Below are positions 49,934 through 60,355 of a stretch of DNA of 64,000 nucleotides, piece after piece (the first letter of the stretch is position 1; every line of letters begins with the position of its first letter). Both the position numbers and the translations under genes were made by a program. The notes beneath the pieces were generated by a model. It was not told the DNA's origin and ran no database searches. It was given only the letters and a program-made list of their open reading frames with translations. The stretch is from an uncultured Acidimicrobiales bacterium. GTDB taxonomy: Bacteria; Actinomycetota; Acidimicrobiia; Acidimicrobiales; UBA10347. The stretch is from contig CALSSD010000009.1 of the NCBI GenBank assembly GCA_943788915.1, positions 1 to 64,000 on the forward strand, written 5' to 3'.

Positions 49934-50554
49934 TTAGGTCGAGACTTCGACGGGAGGTCGAATCGAGTTGCGAAGAAGCGGCAAGTAGCCCACTGCGGAC
50001 GCCCAGCTGAGCACGAGCGACGGCATCGCCGTGATCCAGGCCAGCACACGGTAGACCTCTTGGCCTGCAGGTTCGGCAGACGCAGCCAGGAACAGCGGCA
50101 ACGCAAACAACAGGCCAAACGTGGCCATCTTGCCCCACCAACTCACCTTGACCGTGCGCACGCCTCGGGCACCGAGGTAGAGCGCCGCTAACGCCACCAG
50201 AGCCTCCCGGGCAAAGACTGCGACCAGAAACCACGCGGGAGCCGCATCGATGATCAGCATCGAACTGAGGGCGACCAGAAACATCAACCGATCAACCGTT
50301 GGATCGAACACACGCCCAAACTTGGAATGTTGCTTCAGCAGCCGAGCGAGGTAACCATCGACCCAGTCGGTTGCACCTAACACCGCAAAAAGCACTGCCG
50401 CCGCGTACGGGCGATCAGCGGAGTGCACGAGCCACCCAAAGACCGGAACACAGATCAGTCGGCCGAGCGTGAACAGATTTGGCACTGTCAGGATTGCGTC
50501 TGACCCTTCGATCGTGCCTTCACGGTCAAAGATTGGGGTTCTGCCGTTCGCCAC
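49934..50554 (-). CDS. CDP-alcohol phosphatidyltransferase (PgsA2-like)
   Basis: TVPNLFT, TDWVDGYLAR, FGRVFDPTVDR, GKMAT. AGGAG RBS before GTG50554. Confidence 0.92.
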   Translation of the reverse strand: MANGRTPIFDREGTIEGSDAILTVPNLFTLGRLICVPVFGWLVHSADRPYAAAVLFAVLGATDWVDGYLARLLKQHSKFGRVFDPTVDRLMFLVALSSMLIIDAAPAWFLVAVFAREALVALAALYLGARGVRTVKVSWWGKMATFGLLFALPLFLAASAEPAGQEVYRVLAWITAMPSLVLSWASAVGYLPLLRNSIRPPVEVST

Positions 50555-50684
50555 TGCGCTCCTATGTCCTGTGTTGTCCTGCACGGTCTCGTGCACACCT
50601 CCAGGTGTGCGATCGACCGGTGCCTCGTCGTTCTGTCTGGCCCGTCGTTCTGTCTGACGCTGGCGGCCAGCATACGATGTCAAT

Positions 50685-51113
50685 ATGCCATCGGTCTTCA
50701 GTCTCATCATCAACGGCGATCTGCCTGGTCATTTCGTGTGGAGCGACGACATTTGTGTCGGCTTTCTCTCGATCAACCCGATAACCGATGGCCATGCGCT
50801 GGTGGTGCCTCGGGCCGAAGTCGATCAATGGACCGACATCACCCCCGACGATGCGGCCCACATGATGCGGGTATCGCACCACATCGGCACTGCCCTTAAG
50901 GCGGTGTTCTCGCCGGAACGCATCGGCCTGATGATCGCTGGCTTCGAAGTGCCCCACACCCATCTTCATGTGCTGCAACTCAACGACATGAGCGATATGA
51001 GTTTCGCCAACGCTGCCACAACGGTCGACCATGCCAAACTCGCCGGTTTTGCGGCTTCGATTCGCCAACAGCTCGAGGTAGCTGGTCACCAACACGTGGC
51101 CGACGCTCCCTAG
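50685..51113 (+). CDS. HIT family hydrolase
   Basis: GHALVVP, GFEVPHTHLHV. Confidence 0.94.
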   Translation: MPSVFSLIINGDLPGHFVWSDDICVGFLSINPITDGHALVVPRAEVDQWTDITPDDAAHMMRVSHHIGTALKAVFSPERIGLMIAGFEVPHTHLHVLQLNDMSDMSFANAATTVDHAKLAGFAASIRQQLEVAGHQHVADAP

Positions 51114-51150
51114 GCGACTCCTACCGGAGCCAGCGCGATGCCAGAAGGGT

Positions 51151-52905
51151 TTAGCCGTCTGCGTCCTGTGAGCCTTCGGCCCCGTCACCGACCTCCACCT
51201 CATCGATTTGACCAAACCCGAACAGGTCAACCGGTTCCTCTTGGGCCACGGGCACGGCTCCGATAATGCCAGTGAAGTTGTACACCTCGATCCGATCCAG
51301 ACCAGGGTTCTCACTCTGGAGCTCCCAACCGAGCTCTCCTAGCCGAACCCGGAACGTATCGATCTGACCTTCGAGGCCCTCGACGCTTTCGAGGTCTCGA
51401 TCGACCAGTAACCAGTCGACATCGCTGGTGACCTCAGCGATCACGTCGTTGAGCCGGTCTCCAAGAGGTATGGAGATATCGGGATCTTCGCCATTAAATT
51501 CGCCGATCGAGAAATCAAGTTCGTAGACGCCAAGTCGTTCCGCCAGCAGCGGCAGCATCGACACCGATGCCCGCACCGGTTCGTCGATAGGAATCAATTC
51601 GATTGCGTCGACCCGAGCCAGATCAGTTTCGTCTCGACCGCCCCACTGCCATGGTTCTGTATACGGCGTAGTCGACGAATCACGCACAAAGAAGACAATG
51701 GCGGTGAGCAACAACGCCAGGATGATGCGGCGTTCGACGCGGACCTGCTTGACCAGGATGCGCCCGGTGCGTTTAAGAGCGAACACGGTGGCCACAAATA
51801 CAAACACCGTCATCGGCACCGTTTGAGCTGCTTCACGGAGGCGGCCAGGTGGAACATCGGCACCCATATACAGGACGTACAGCGGTATGGCCGGCATCAG
51901 ATACCGGGGCGCCGTCAATGGCAAGAACAACACCGGTGCTAACAGGGTGACCAGTATCTGAAAGTTGGCCTGGGTGCCAACAATCTGAGCGAACCGCACC
52001 GGGTGCGACAAGATGCCCCACAGCGCACCCAGTGGCGTATCGCCGAACTCAGCGTACGGCTCGAGGAATGGGAAGGCGCCGTCGCTTAGACCACGCTGAA
52101 GCCCATACATAGCGATCAGGAACCAGCAAAGGCCGACGATAAGCGCAATCAGGCCTACCCGTCGGCGACGCTCGATCAGCAGCAATATGCCAAGACCGGC
52201 AACGGCCAAACCCAAGTCGGCCCGGCAGCACAACGCGAAGATGATTGCCAAGGTCATGATGCGCTTGGCGCGTGGTCGAACCTGGTGGTCGTAGTTCTGT
52301 TGCATGGTGCGATCAGGCTTGGCATCGAAGCCCGACAACACTGCCCACATGAGTGCTGGGACAGCGAGCACCGCTGGCGCAAAGTCAGCAACGTTCATAT
52401 TGTGGACATAGGTGTAGATGCTGTACGCGAACACGATGGTCGACGTGGCACCGATACCAAGCAGACCGTGGCGACGGGCGAGTCGCCAGAGCGGAATAAT
52501 TGTGAGCCCCAAGGCGATCGACTTGATGATGAGCAGGGTCTCTATGCGGGGCAAGACAGAAGTCAGCAGGCCCAGTGGATACAGAATCAGCGAACCTTGT
52601 TCGGCAATCAAGTTCCCACCGGCAAGTGTGGTGACCGGCTTAAGGTCCTCGCCGATCTGCCATGCGGCCTGGGCGTATTTTGCTGTCTCCACTCCATGAT
52701 CGAGTTGGTGGAAACGTGCCAGCACCAGCGTGATGAGGACCGTGATCTGCACGATCGCAAATCCGTATGGCAGCCACCGGTCGTACGACGGGGTGTCGAG
52801 GCGTCCTTGCAACCGGAGCATGGAGCGGTCGATGCGTTCCCAAACTCGTTCGGCTACTGACCGCAGCCGTTCGAGGACAGGCAGTGATGTTGAGATGGCG
52901 GTCAT
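51151..52905 (-). CDS. DUF2079-like multi-pass membrane protein (GT-C-like)
   Basis: YAQAAWQ, many TM segments, LLAPVLFLPL. Confidence 0.7.
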   Translation of the reverse strand: MTAISTSLPVLERLRSVAERVWERIDRSMLRLQGRLDTPSYDRWLPYGFAIVQITVLITLVLARFHQLDHGVETAKYAQAAWQIGEDLKPVTTLAGGNLIAEQGSLILYPLGLLTSVLPRIETLLIIKSIALGLTIIPLWRLARRHGLLGIGATSTIVFAYSIYTYVHNMNVADFAPAVLAVPALMWAVLSGFDAKPDRTMQQNYDHQVRPRAKRIMTLAIIFALCCRADLGLAVAGLGILLLIERRRRVGLIALIVGLCWFLIAMYGLQRGLSDGAFPFLEPYAEFGDTPLGALWGILSHPVRFAQIVGTQANFQILVTLLAPVLFLPLTAPRYLMPAIPLYVLYMGADVPPGRLREAAQTVPMTVFVFVATVFALKRTGRILVKQVRVERRIILALLLTAIVFFVRDSSTTPYTEPWQWGGRDETDLARVDAIELIPIDEPVRASVSMLPLLAERLGVYELDFSIGEFNGEDPDISIPLGDRLNDVIAEVTSDVDWLLVDRDLESVEGLEGQIDTFRVRLGELGWELQSENPGLDRIEVYNFTGIIGAVPVAQEEPVDLFGFGQIDEVEVGDGAEGSQDADG

Positions 52906-53669
52906 GGCAGCCTCTCTTGAGCAGCAGCGGTGACAGCCTGGTCGGCGAGTGCCGTCAAACTCTGCTCCGTCATCGGCTCCACTTCGTCCATCAGCTGCGA
53001 ACCGCTACTCCGAGAATTGTTCACCGCGGTGCTCACGGCATGTATCTGAAACAGTTCGGTAGGTGGTGTTTCGATGCGCTCGAGCAGCCCGGAGGCGTCG
53101 GCATCGGCGGGGTCGAGCCAGGCATCCCACAGTGCGGGTGCCACCATGATCGGCATGCGATCATGAATGGGTTCTATGGCTGCATTGGCTGGACCTGTCA
53201 GGATCGTACAGCTGCGCAACCTGCTGCCATCGCCGTCGGGATCACGCCATGTTTCGAACAGGCCCGCAAATGCGAACGGCGCACCGTCGGCACGTTGGAT
53301 GCACCACGGCTGTTTGCGGGGTTTCTTCGCTGCAGGGTCAGATACGGCTGTCCATTCGTAAAACGCATCAGCCGGAATAATGCACCGGTGTTTTTTCGCT
53401 GCATTACGGAACGCGCTCTTCTCGGTCACCGTCTCGACCCGGGCGTTGATCATCTTGTTGCCAATCGAGGCAGATTTGGCCCAGAACGGAATGAGACCCC
53501 AACGCATCAGATCGAGATGTCGACCATCGTCATTACTGACGATCACGGGGATGTTCATCGAAGGAGCCACATTAAAGTTCGGTTCCGTGAGCGTCTCCGA
53601 CATCGTTGTGGCACCGAAATAGTCAGCGATGTCCCCTGGAGAGGAAGCGGAGACGAAGCGGCCACACAT
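52902..53669 (-). CDS. SOS response-associated peptidase (SRAP/YedK/HMCES)
   Basis: N-terminal MCGR, FNVAP, WGLIP, INARVET, FYEW, IHDRMP. Confidence 0.95.
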   Translation of the reverse strand: MCGRFVSASSPGDIADYFGATTMSETLTEPNFNVAPSMNIPVIVSNDDGRHLDLMRWGLIPFWAKSASIGNKMINARVETVTEKSAFRNAAKKHRCIIPADAFYEWTAVSDPAAKKPRKQPWCIQRADGAPFAFAGLFETWRDPDGDGSRLRSCTILTGPANAAIEPIHDRMPIMVAPALWDAWLDPADADASGLLERIETPPTELFQIHAVSTAVNNSRSSGSQLMDEVEPMTEQSLTALADQAVTAAAQERLP

Positions 53670-53807
53670 CGAACGCGAGAGTACTACCCCAGCCGAACAA
53701 CAGCGCGCCAGCCCAGTTCTCGACCGATTACCGGGCGGGGTCGCCCTAAGGTCTCCTCCACTCTTCTCGGTGCAAAACACCGAGGAACGGCTCGCTAGGT
53801 TGAAGGC

Positions 53808-54707
53808 ATGGCTCGCCCTCCTAGCTGGTTCACCGGCGCAATCGCACACAAGCCGACAACTCGATCTGTCGAAGTCGACGGCTGCGCTGTCAATTACCTG
53901 ACCTGGGGTGACGCGAACCTGCCGTGCCTCCTGTTACTCCATGGAGGCGCTGCCCACGCCCACTGGTGGTCGTTCATCGCTCCCCAGTTCACGCAGCGAT
54001 ACTTCGTGATCGCCCCCGACCTTTCCGGCCACGGCGATAGCGGCCGCCGAGACAGCTACACCATGGAACAATGGGCCGACGAAGTAATGGCGGTTGCGGC
54101 CGACGCACGCGCCCCGGGCCGACCGATCGTTGTCGGCCACTCCATGGGCGGACACGTCGCTATCGCTATCGCTGCCCGCTTCGGTCACGACTTGGCGGGG
54201 GCGATCATCGTCGATGCGCCGGTTCGTGCACCCGATCCAGAGTCTGAAGAGGGCGAACGAGGGCGCATGTTCAAGAACCCTAAGACCTACCCCGACCTAG
54301 AAACAGCGCTCGATCACTTCCATTTGATGCCCCCGCAGCCGTGCGAGAACGATTTCATCGTCGACCACATAGGGCGCCACTCGCTCAAAGAAACCATCGA
54401 CGGCTGGACGTGGAAGTTCGATCCTCGGGTATTCGCCCGGGAGCGGTATCAGACCAATAACTACCTTGAGCGTGCTACCTGCCGGCTTGCGCTAATGCAC
54501 GGCCAGCTCAGCGATCTGGTCACCCCTGAGGTACAGGACCATATGGAGAAGCTGACGGGCCGGAACGCCCCTATGGTCGAGATCCCGCAGGCGTATCACC
54601 ATATTCCTCTCGATCAACCCCTCGCTCTGATCGCTGCGATTCGGGCCATCCTCGCCGACTGGGACCATTCGATTGACAAAAAGAGGCTCCGGGACCTCAC
54701 CACCTGA
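53808..54707 (+). CDS. Alpha/beta hydrolase
   Basis: LHGGAAH, DLSGHGDS, GHSMGG, HHIPLDQP. Confidence 0.92.
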   Translation: MARPPSWFTGAIAHKPTTRSVEVDGCAVNYLTWGDANLPCLLLLHGGAAHAHWWSFIAPQFTQRYFVIAPDLSGHGDSGRRDSYTMEQWADEVMAVAADARAPGRPIVVGHSMGGHVAIAIAARFGHDLAGAIIVDAPVRAPDPESEEGERGRMFKNPKTYPDLETALDHFHLMPPQPCENDFIVDHIGRHSLKETIDGWTWKFDPRVFARERYQTNNYLERATCRLALMHGQLSDLVTPEVQDHMEKLTGRNAPMVEIPQAYHHIPLDQPLALIAAIRAILADWDHSIDKKRLRDLTT

Positions 54708-54768
54708 ACTACAACGTAAGTTTGTGACTTGTGACCGCCTGCGGTGACGTTCCTGCACTGCCAGTAAC

Positions 54769-56037
54769 GTGCGCCGAGTGATAATCGCACGGGAAACCAG
54801 CGAGGTCCCCGGCGAGCAAACGAGCTCGGCCAACGGACTTGGCCCTCGAGAGCTCCTCGTCATGATCTCAGCGATTATGGCGCTGATGGCGATTGCCATC
54901 GACATGGTGCTTCCGGCGTTCGATGACATCCGTGAAACGTTTGGTCTGGCGGCTGATTCAACACAGATCTCTCAAGTCATCACCGTCTTTTTTCTCGGCC
55001 TGGCAATTGCACAACTCGTCTGGGGACCACTGGCAGATCGTTTTGGCCGCAAGCCCATCCTCTATGCCGGCACAGCCATCTATGTAGCGGGAGCCGTTGG
55101 GTCGGCACTTTCACCCAGCTTGAACTGGCTACTGGCGTTTCGGTTCATCTGGGGCGTTGGTGCGGCCGGTTCGCGTGTTGTCGCCACCGCAATCATCCGC
55201 GACAGCTTCGAAGGAACCCGCATGGCCAAGGCCATGTCGCAGATCATGGCGGTCTTCGTGATGGCGCCGGTCTTTGCTCCCTCGATAGGCGCCGGCCTGA
55301 TCATTGTGTTCTCGTGGCGCTCCATCTTCTGGTTCTGTGTGATCTGCGCGGGAATCATCGTCGTATGGAGCATGCGTCTTCCTGAAACCTTGACCGAAGC
55401 CAATCGGCGCCCGCTTGAATTCCGTTCAATCACTGCCGGTTTCGGCACCGTGCTCCGCAATCCCATTACTTCGGGTTACACGTTCGCCACATTGTTTTTG
55501 CAGGGCGTATTCAGCGCCTATCTCGGTAGCAGTGAACGTTTGATCGGCGAGATCTTTGGGCGACCAGACCAGTTCCCTCTCATCTTTGGCGCGATCGCCA
55601 TTCTGTTTGCTGTGGGGGCCGTGATCAATGGGCAGGTCGTCGGTATCTTTGGCATGAAGCGACTGATTCATGTGATGTCGGGTGCGGTCCTTGTCATGTC
55701 CGTGGCCCTTGTGGCAATCAGCGTGACCGCCGATGGCACCCCAAACTTCTGGATATTCATGCCCATGCTTGGGGTGATGCTCGCCATGTTCATGTTTCTT
55801 ATGCCCAACTTGAACACCGCTGCCCTCGAGCCAATGGGTGACCTTGCCGGTACCGCATCGTCACTGACTGGGGCTGGCCGTATCGCTGGCGGCGCCTTGC
55901 TTGGCGCCGTAGTCGACAGCCAGGTAACGAATACCACCACACCGTTCGCCGTCGCCATCGTGCTCTTCGCAATCGGTGCTATCGCGTCGATTGTTTGGGC
56001 TGAGCGAGAACAGCGCCGGGTGGCACGACTCTCCTAG
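54769..56037 (+). CDS. Bcr/CflA-family MFS efflux transporter
   Basis: IDMVLPA, GPLADRFGRKP, WRSIF, LPETL. Confidence 0.92.
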   Translation: MRRVIIARETSEVPGEQTSSANGLGPRELLVMISAIMALMAIAIDMVLPAFDDIRETFGLAADSTQISQVITVFFLGLAIAQLVWGPLADRFGRKPILYAGTAIYVAGAVGSALSPSLNWLLAFRFIWGVGAAGSRVVATAIIRDSFEGTRMAKAMSQIMAVFVMAPVFAPSIGAGLIIVFSWRSIFWFCVICAGIIVVWSMRLPETLTEANRRPLEFRSITAGFGTVLRNPITSGYTFATLFLQGVFSAYLGSSERLIGEIFGRPDQFPLIFGAIAILFAVGAVINGQVVGIFGMKRLIHVMSGAVLVMSVALVAISVTADGTPNFWIFMPMLGVMLAMFMFLMPNLNTAALEPMGDLAGTASSLTGAGRIAGGALLGAVVDSQVTNTTTPFAVAIVLFAIGAIASIVWAEREQRRVARLS

Positions 56038-56064
56038 TCTGGTGGGCATGGAAGCACTGCACTC

Positions 56065-57456
56065 ATGAGCCGCACCGCCGCACTTGCACGAAGTCAAACC
56101 TATTTCGACAACGGCGATTTCCTGCGGGAGCTCACCCATCGAGTGGCAGTCAAGACGGAAAGCCCCGATCCGGACCAGCGGCCAGAGCTCTATCGGTATC
56201 TCACCGATGTACTCACCGCGGCGCTTGAGCCTATGGGCTTCTCGTGCGCCGTCTATGACAATTCGCACCCAGCTGGTTGTCCGTTTCTGGTCGCTCACCG
56301 CCATGAAGCCGACGGCCTGCCTACCGTGATGTCCTACGGCCATGGTGACGTGGTCTTGGGTTACGACGAACAGTGGCGCGACGGCCTAAGTCCGTGGCAG
56401 GTCGTGGTCGAAGGCGACCGATGGTTCGGACGTGGCACCGCCGACAACAAGGGCCAGCACACCATCAATCTGGCCGCCCTGCGCCACGTACTCGACGAAC
56501 GAGGTTCGTTGGGATTCAACGCGGTGCTGTTGTTCGAGACGGGCGAAGAGTGCGGCTCACCGGGCCTCAAAGACTTCTGCGAGGCGAACAAGGACCTGTT
56601 CGCCGCCGACGTCTTTATTGCCTCCGACGGCCCCCGCATGCAACCCGGCACGCCTACCGTTTTTATGGGATCGCGCGGCGCCTTCAACTTTTCCATGGAA
56701 CTCACGCTGCGCGAAGGCGGCCATCACTCGGGTAACTGGGGAGGACTGCTTTCGAACCCGGGCATCATCATGGCTCATGCCTTGTCGACCATGGTCAGTA
56801 GCACTGGCGAGTTACTGGTCGATGGCTGGAAGGCCGAACCCATGTCCGACAGCGTTCGGGCTGCCATCGCCGAGCTCAGCGTCGGGGGCGACGAAGACTC
56901 GCCCCAGATCGACCCGAACTGGGGCGAACCCGGCTTCACCCCCGAGGAGCGGGTGTTTGGGTCCAATACGTTCGAGATACTGGCGTTCGAAACGGGTAAC
57001 CCCCGTAACCCGGTGAACGCCATCCCTCCCTCGGCAACAACACATTGCCACCTGCGCTTCGTTGCGGGAACCGATGCCGATGACTTACTCCCCGCATTAC
57101 GACGCCACCTGGATGCTCGTGGATTCGAGTCGATCGAACTCATCGCTGGGGGTATCGCAATGAACGCGACGCGTCTTGACCCGGCCCATCCCTGGGCGCA
57201 ATGGGCGATTGGCTCGGTGGCAGCGACCAGCGGCAAGGACGTTGCGGTGCTGCCGAACCTGGGCGGGAGCCTGCCCAACGATGTTTTCGCCGACGTCCTT
57301 GGACTGCCCACGATTTGGGTGCCGCATTCGTATCCAGGTTGTTCCCAGCACGCGCCGAACGAACATGTACTTGGTTCGGTCTGCAACGAAGCGCTTCAGA
57401 TCATGACCGGTTTGTGGTGGGATCTGGGCTCGGGCGACACGCCCGGATCGAACTAG
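56065..57456 (+). CDS. M20-family metallopeptidase
   Basis: YGHGDVV, GRGTADNKG, GEE, HSGNWGG, HAPNEH. Confidence 0.93.
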   Translation: MSRTAALARSQTYFDNGDFLRELTHRVAVKTESPDPDQRPELYRYLTDVLTAALEPMGFSCAVYDNSHPAGCPFLVAHRHEADGLPTVMSYGHGDVVLGYDEQWRDGLSPWQVVVEGDRWFGRGTADNKGQHTINLAALRHVLDERGSLGFNAVLLFETGEECGSPGLKDFCEANKDLFAADVFIASDGPRMQPGTPTVFMGSRGAFNFSMELTLREGGHHSGNWGGLLSNPGIIMAHALSTMVSSTGELLVDGWKAEPMSDSVRAAIAELSVGGDEDSPQIDPNWGEPGFTPEERVFGSNTFEILAFETGNPRNPVNAIPPSATTHCHLRFVAGTDADDLLPALRRHLDARGFESIELIAGGIAMNATRLDPAHPWAQWAIGSVAATSGKDVAVLPNLGGSLPNDVFADVLGLPTIWVPHSYPGCSQHAPNEHVLGSVCNEALQIMTGLWWDLGSGDTPGSN

Positions 57457-57502
57457 CTACTGCTAGTCGCCCACCGACAGCGGCCTTGCCTCTGCGTCGG
57501 TA

Positions 57503-58108
57503 TTAGCCAGGACGGGTTACGTCGAAGAGGTCTCGGGTAGTTGCGTAGTAGTTCCCAGCCAGGCGTCCGACGGCATCGAGCTCAGCAAAGTCGATACGTG
57601 TTCCGTCGAGCACGCTGTCGTCGACGTGAATACGAATCACTTCCCCGAACACCACTGCGTGCGTGACCGGTGCGTTACCGAGTTCCACGATCTGTTGGAC
57701 GCGACATTCGAAACTTGCCTTGGCTTCCTGCACCCGAGGAGCCGCGATCGATTCCGACGCAAGCGGTGTGAGTCCAGCGAAATCGAACTCGCTCTCGCCC
57801 CGATCGAGTTCTGCCGCTGATTGATTCATAGCTTCGACGGTTGCCATGTCGACCAGGTTGCAGGTGAACTCCCCCGTCGCCCGGGTGTTCACCAGGCTGT
57901 CTTTTTCGTGGCCGTCCGAGATGCCGGCCGAGAACAGCACCACCGGCGGGTTCGTCGCCACACATTGGAAGAACGAATACGGCGCCAGGTTCGGACGATC
58001 CTGGTCATCGATGGTGCCGATCCAGCCGATCGGCCGCGGAATCACCAGCCCAGTCATCAGCTTGTATGCGTCGGTGTGACCAATCTCTGCCGGAGTGAAC
58101 GTTGCCAT
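57503..58108 (-). CDS. Flavin reductase-like FMN-binding protein
   Basis: PRPIGWI, NLAPYSFF, KDSLVN, GRLAG. Confidence 0.92.
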   Translation of the reverse strand: MATFTPAEIGHTDAYKLMTGLVIPRPIGWIGTIDDQDRPNLAPYSFFQCVATNPPVVLFSAGISDGHEKDSLVNTRATGEFTCNLVDMATVEAMNQSAAELDRGESEFDFAGLTPLASESIAAPRVQEAKASFECRVQQIVELGNAPVTHAVVFGEVIRIHVDDSVLDGTRIDFAELDAVGRLAGNYYATTRDLFDVTRPG

Positions 58109-58261
58109 GAAGGCACGTTACCCGGGTAGACATTACGCCCCCTGCATGATTGGCGTACCAAGGGAGTCGATCACGTCGGTGAGCGCCTGCCATGTCGAGG
58201 GGCCCACCAGAAACGCGACCACACTGCGCACAATCAGGAGCTACTGATCGCCAATCCAGAC

Positions 58262-58284
58262 AATTGCGAGTTGCACTTGCAATT
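58262..58284. promoter_or_regulatory. Putative TetR operator palindrome
   Basis: AATTGCGAGT-TGC-ACTTGCAATT (9/10 inverted match) just upstream of the TACATT -10 of tetR. Confidence 0.6.
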
Positions 58285-58311
58285 TGTCCCAGCGCTGCCT
58301 ACATTGCCGTG

Positions 58312-58932
58312 ATGGGATCAGCGCAGCAGGTCGATGGCCGCCACGCACGCCGACAACGGAGCCGCGAGGCCGTGATCGATGCGGTGTTCTCCCTGGTTGC
58401 CGAGGGCAAGATCCCACCGGGCGTCGACGACGTGGCTGAGCGTGCCGGCATCTCGGTGTCATCGGTGTTCCGGAACTTCGATGGGCTCGCCGATTTGCAG
58501 CGGCGGGCACTTGAAGAGTTCCATCCCCGCTTCGCCCATCTGTTTGCGGTCGAAGATGCCGATGCTCCCCGAGCCGAGCGGATTCGTTCCCATGTTCGAG
58601 CGCGAGTCGAACTTATCGGTGTGGCCAGCGGGCTTCTACGTATTGCACGCTCCCGAGCACTCGACCACGAGACGCTCGTCGAAGGGATCGCCAACTTACG
58701 TTATCAATTTGCTGCCCAAACAAAGCAACGATTCGCTGCCGATCTCGATCAGCTCACTCCAACCCAGGCAGCGAATCTTCTGGCACTTATCGATGCCACA
58801 ACTTCACCCGAAGCCTTCGATGTGATGAGCAGCGCTCATGCTCGGTCCGCTCGTCAGATAACCACTACCTGGAACACCGCTCTCGAAGCCTTGATCTCAC
58901 ACTGGACTCGTGACACCAACGAGACAACCTGA
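58312..58932 (+). CDS. TetR/AcrR-family regulator
   Basis: DGRHARRQRSREAVIDA, VAERAGISVSSVFRNF. Confidence 0.92.
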   Translation: MGSAQQVDGRHARRQRSREAVIDAVFSLVAEGKIPPGVDDVAERAGISVSSVFRNFDGLADLQRRALEEFHPRFAHLFAVEDADAPRAERIRSHVRARVELIGVASGLLRIARSRALDHETLVEGIANLRYQFAAQTKQRFAADLDQLTPTQAANLLALIDATTSPEAFDVMSSAHARSARQITTTWNTALEALISHWTRDTNETT

Positions 58933-58976
58933 CAACCAGGCCGGCTCCTTCCCTCCCCCGACGCAAGGACGTCACA

Positions 58977-59885
58977 ATGAAATCACTACGCACGCCTGAC
59001 GAACGATTCGTTGACCTTCCCGGTTATCCGTTTACCCCACACTACGTCGAGGTCGATGACCTCGACGGCGGCACGTTGCGGGTCCACTACCTCGACGAGG
59101 GTCCCGCCGACGGTCCGGTCGTGCTGGCCATGCACGGTGAGCCGAGTTGGAGCTACCTGTACCGCAAGATGATTCCGCTGCTCACCGGCGCCGGTCTGCG
59201 GGTAATCGCACCCGACCTGGTCGGCTTCGGCAAGAGCGACAAACCGTCCGAGAAGAGCGACTACACCTACGAGCGCCACGTCGGCTGGATGCAAGCGGCG
59301 ATCGTCGATCATCTCGATCTGCAAGACACCACATTCTTCGGCCAAGACTGGGGTGGGCTTGTAGGCCTGCGACTCGTCGCCGAGAACCCCGACCGCTTTG
59401 CCCGAGTCATTGTCGGCAACACCGGTTTGCCGGTTGGCCAAGGAAGTCCGGGCAAAGCCTTCTCGCAGTGGCAACAGTTCAGCCAAGAGTCACCGGTGTT
59501 TCCGATTGGGCAGATCCTCAATGGTGCGACGCTGACCGAACTCAGCGACGACGAGATCGCTGCGTACGACGCTCCGTTTCCCGACGAAACATTCAAAGAG
59601 GGGGCGCGCATCTTTCCATCGCTTGTCCCGACGTCGGTCGACGACCCGGCGGTACCAGCGAACCAGGCAGCGTGGAACGTGTTCACGATGTGGGACAAAC
59701 CGTTCATCACCTGCTTCAGCGACAGTGACCCCGTCACGGCTGGCGGCGACGCCCCATTCCTCAAACTCGTTCCTGGTGCCCAAGGCCAGCCGCACGTCAC
59801 CATCGAGAACGCACACCATTTCTTCCAGGAAGACGGCGCACCTCAGATCGCCCAGGTCATCATCGACGCCGTCGCCCGAGGCTGA
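58977..59885 (+). CDS. Haloalkane dehalogenase (DhmA/DhlA-like)
   Basis: LRTPDERF, HGEPSWSYLYRKM, QDWGG nucleophile, FSDSD acid, HHFFQED base. Confidence 0.92.
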   Translation: MKSLRTPDERFVDLPGYPFTPHYVEVDDLDGGTLRVHYLDEGPADGPVVLAMHGEPSWSYLYRKMIPLLTGAGLRVIAPDLVGFGKSDKPSEKSDYTYERHVGWMQAAIVDHLDLQDTTFFGQDWGGLVGLRLVAENPDRFARVIVGNTGLPVGQGSPGKAFSQWQQFSQESPVFPIGQILNGATLTELSDDEIAAYDAPFPDETFKEGARIFPSLVPTSVDDPAVPANQAAWNVFTMWDKPFITCFSDSDPVTAGGDAPFLKLVPGAQGQPHVTIENAHHFFQEDGAPQIAQVIIDAVARG

Positions 59886-59887
59886 CG

Positions 59888-60355
59888 ATGATCGCGGTTG
59901 AACGCACCACAACGATCTCGGCGTCCGCCGAGACGATCTGGGCCACGCTGGCCGACTTCGCAGCCATCAGCGCCTGGGCTTCGAATGTGGACCACTCGTG
60001 CCTCATGTCCGAGCAGACCGAGGGTGTCGGGATGGTGCGTCGAATCCAGACCGACGGCTCGACCATTATCGAAACCGTCGAGCGATGGGAGCCAGCCGTC
60101 GCGCTTGGTTATCGCATCAGTGGACTTCCGCCTGTGATCAAGTCGCTCACCAACACGTGGAACCTGGTCGAGTCAGGTAGTGCCGCTGCACCGATCACTC
60201 GGGTGGTGCTGACAACCGAAATCGATGCCGGCCCTCGACCGCCCCAGCAGCTGATCGCCAAAGCCGTTGGCAAACGCCTGGGATCTGCATCGGAGCAGAT
60301 GCTCAGCGGCCTAGCGGCACGAGTCGAAGCACGCATGAACGAAGGCGCAGCATGA
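59888..60355 (+). CDS. SRPBCC (polyketide cyclase-like) family protein
   Basis: IWATLADFAAISAW, GVGMVRRI, YRISGLP. Confidence 0.88.
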   Translation: MIAVERTTTISASAETIWATLADFAAISAWASNVDHSCLMSEQTEGVGMVRRIQTDGSTIIETVERWEPAVALGYRISGLPPVIKSLTNTWNLVESGSAAAPITRVVLTTEIDAGPRPPQQLIAKAVGKRLGSASEQMLSGLAARVEARMNEGAA

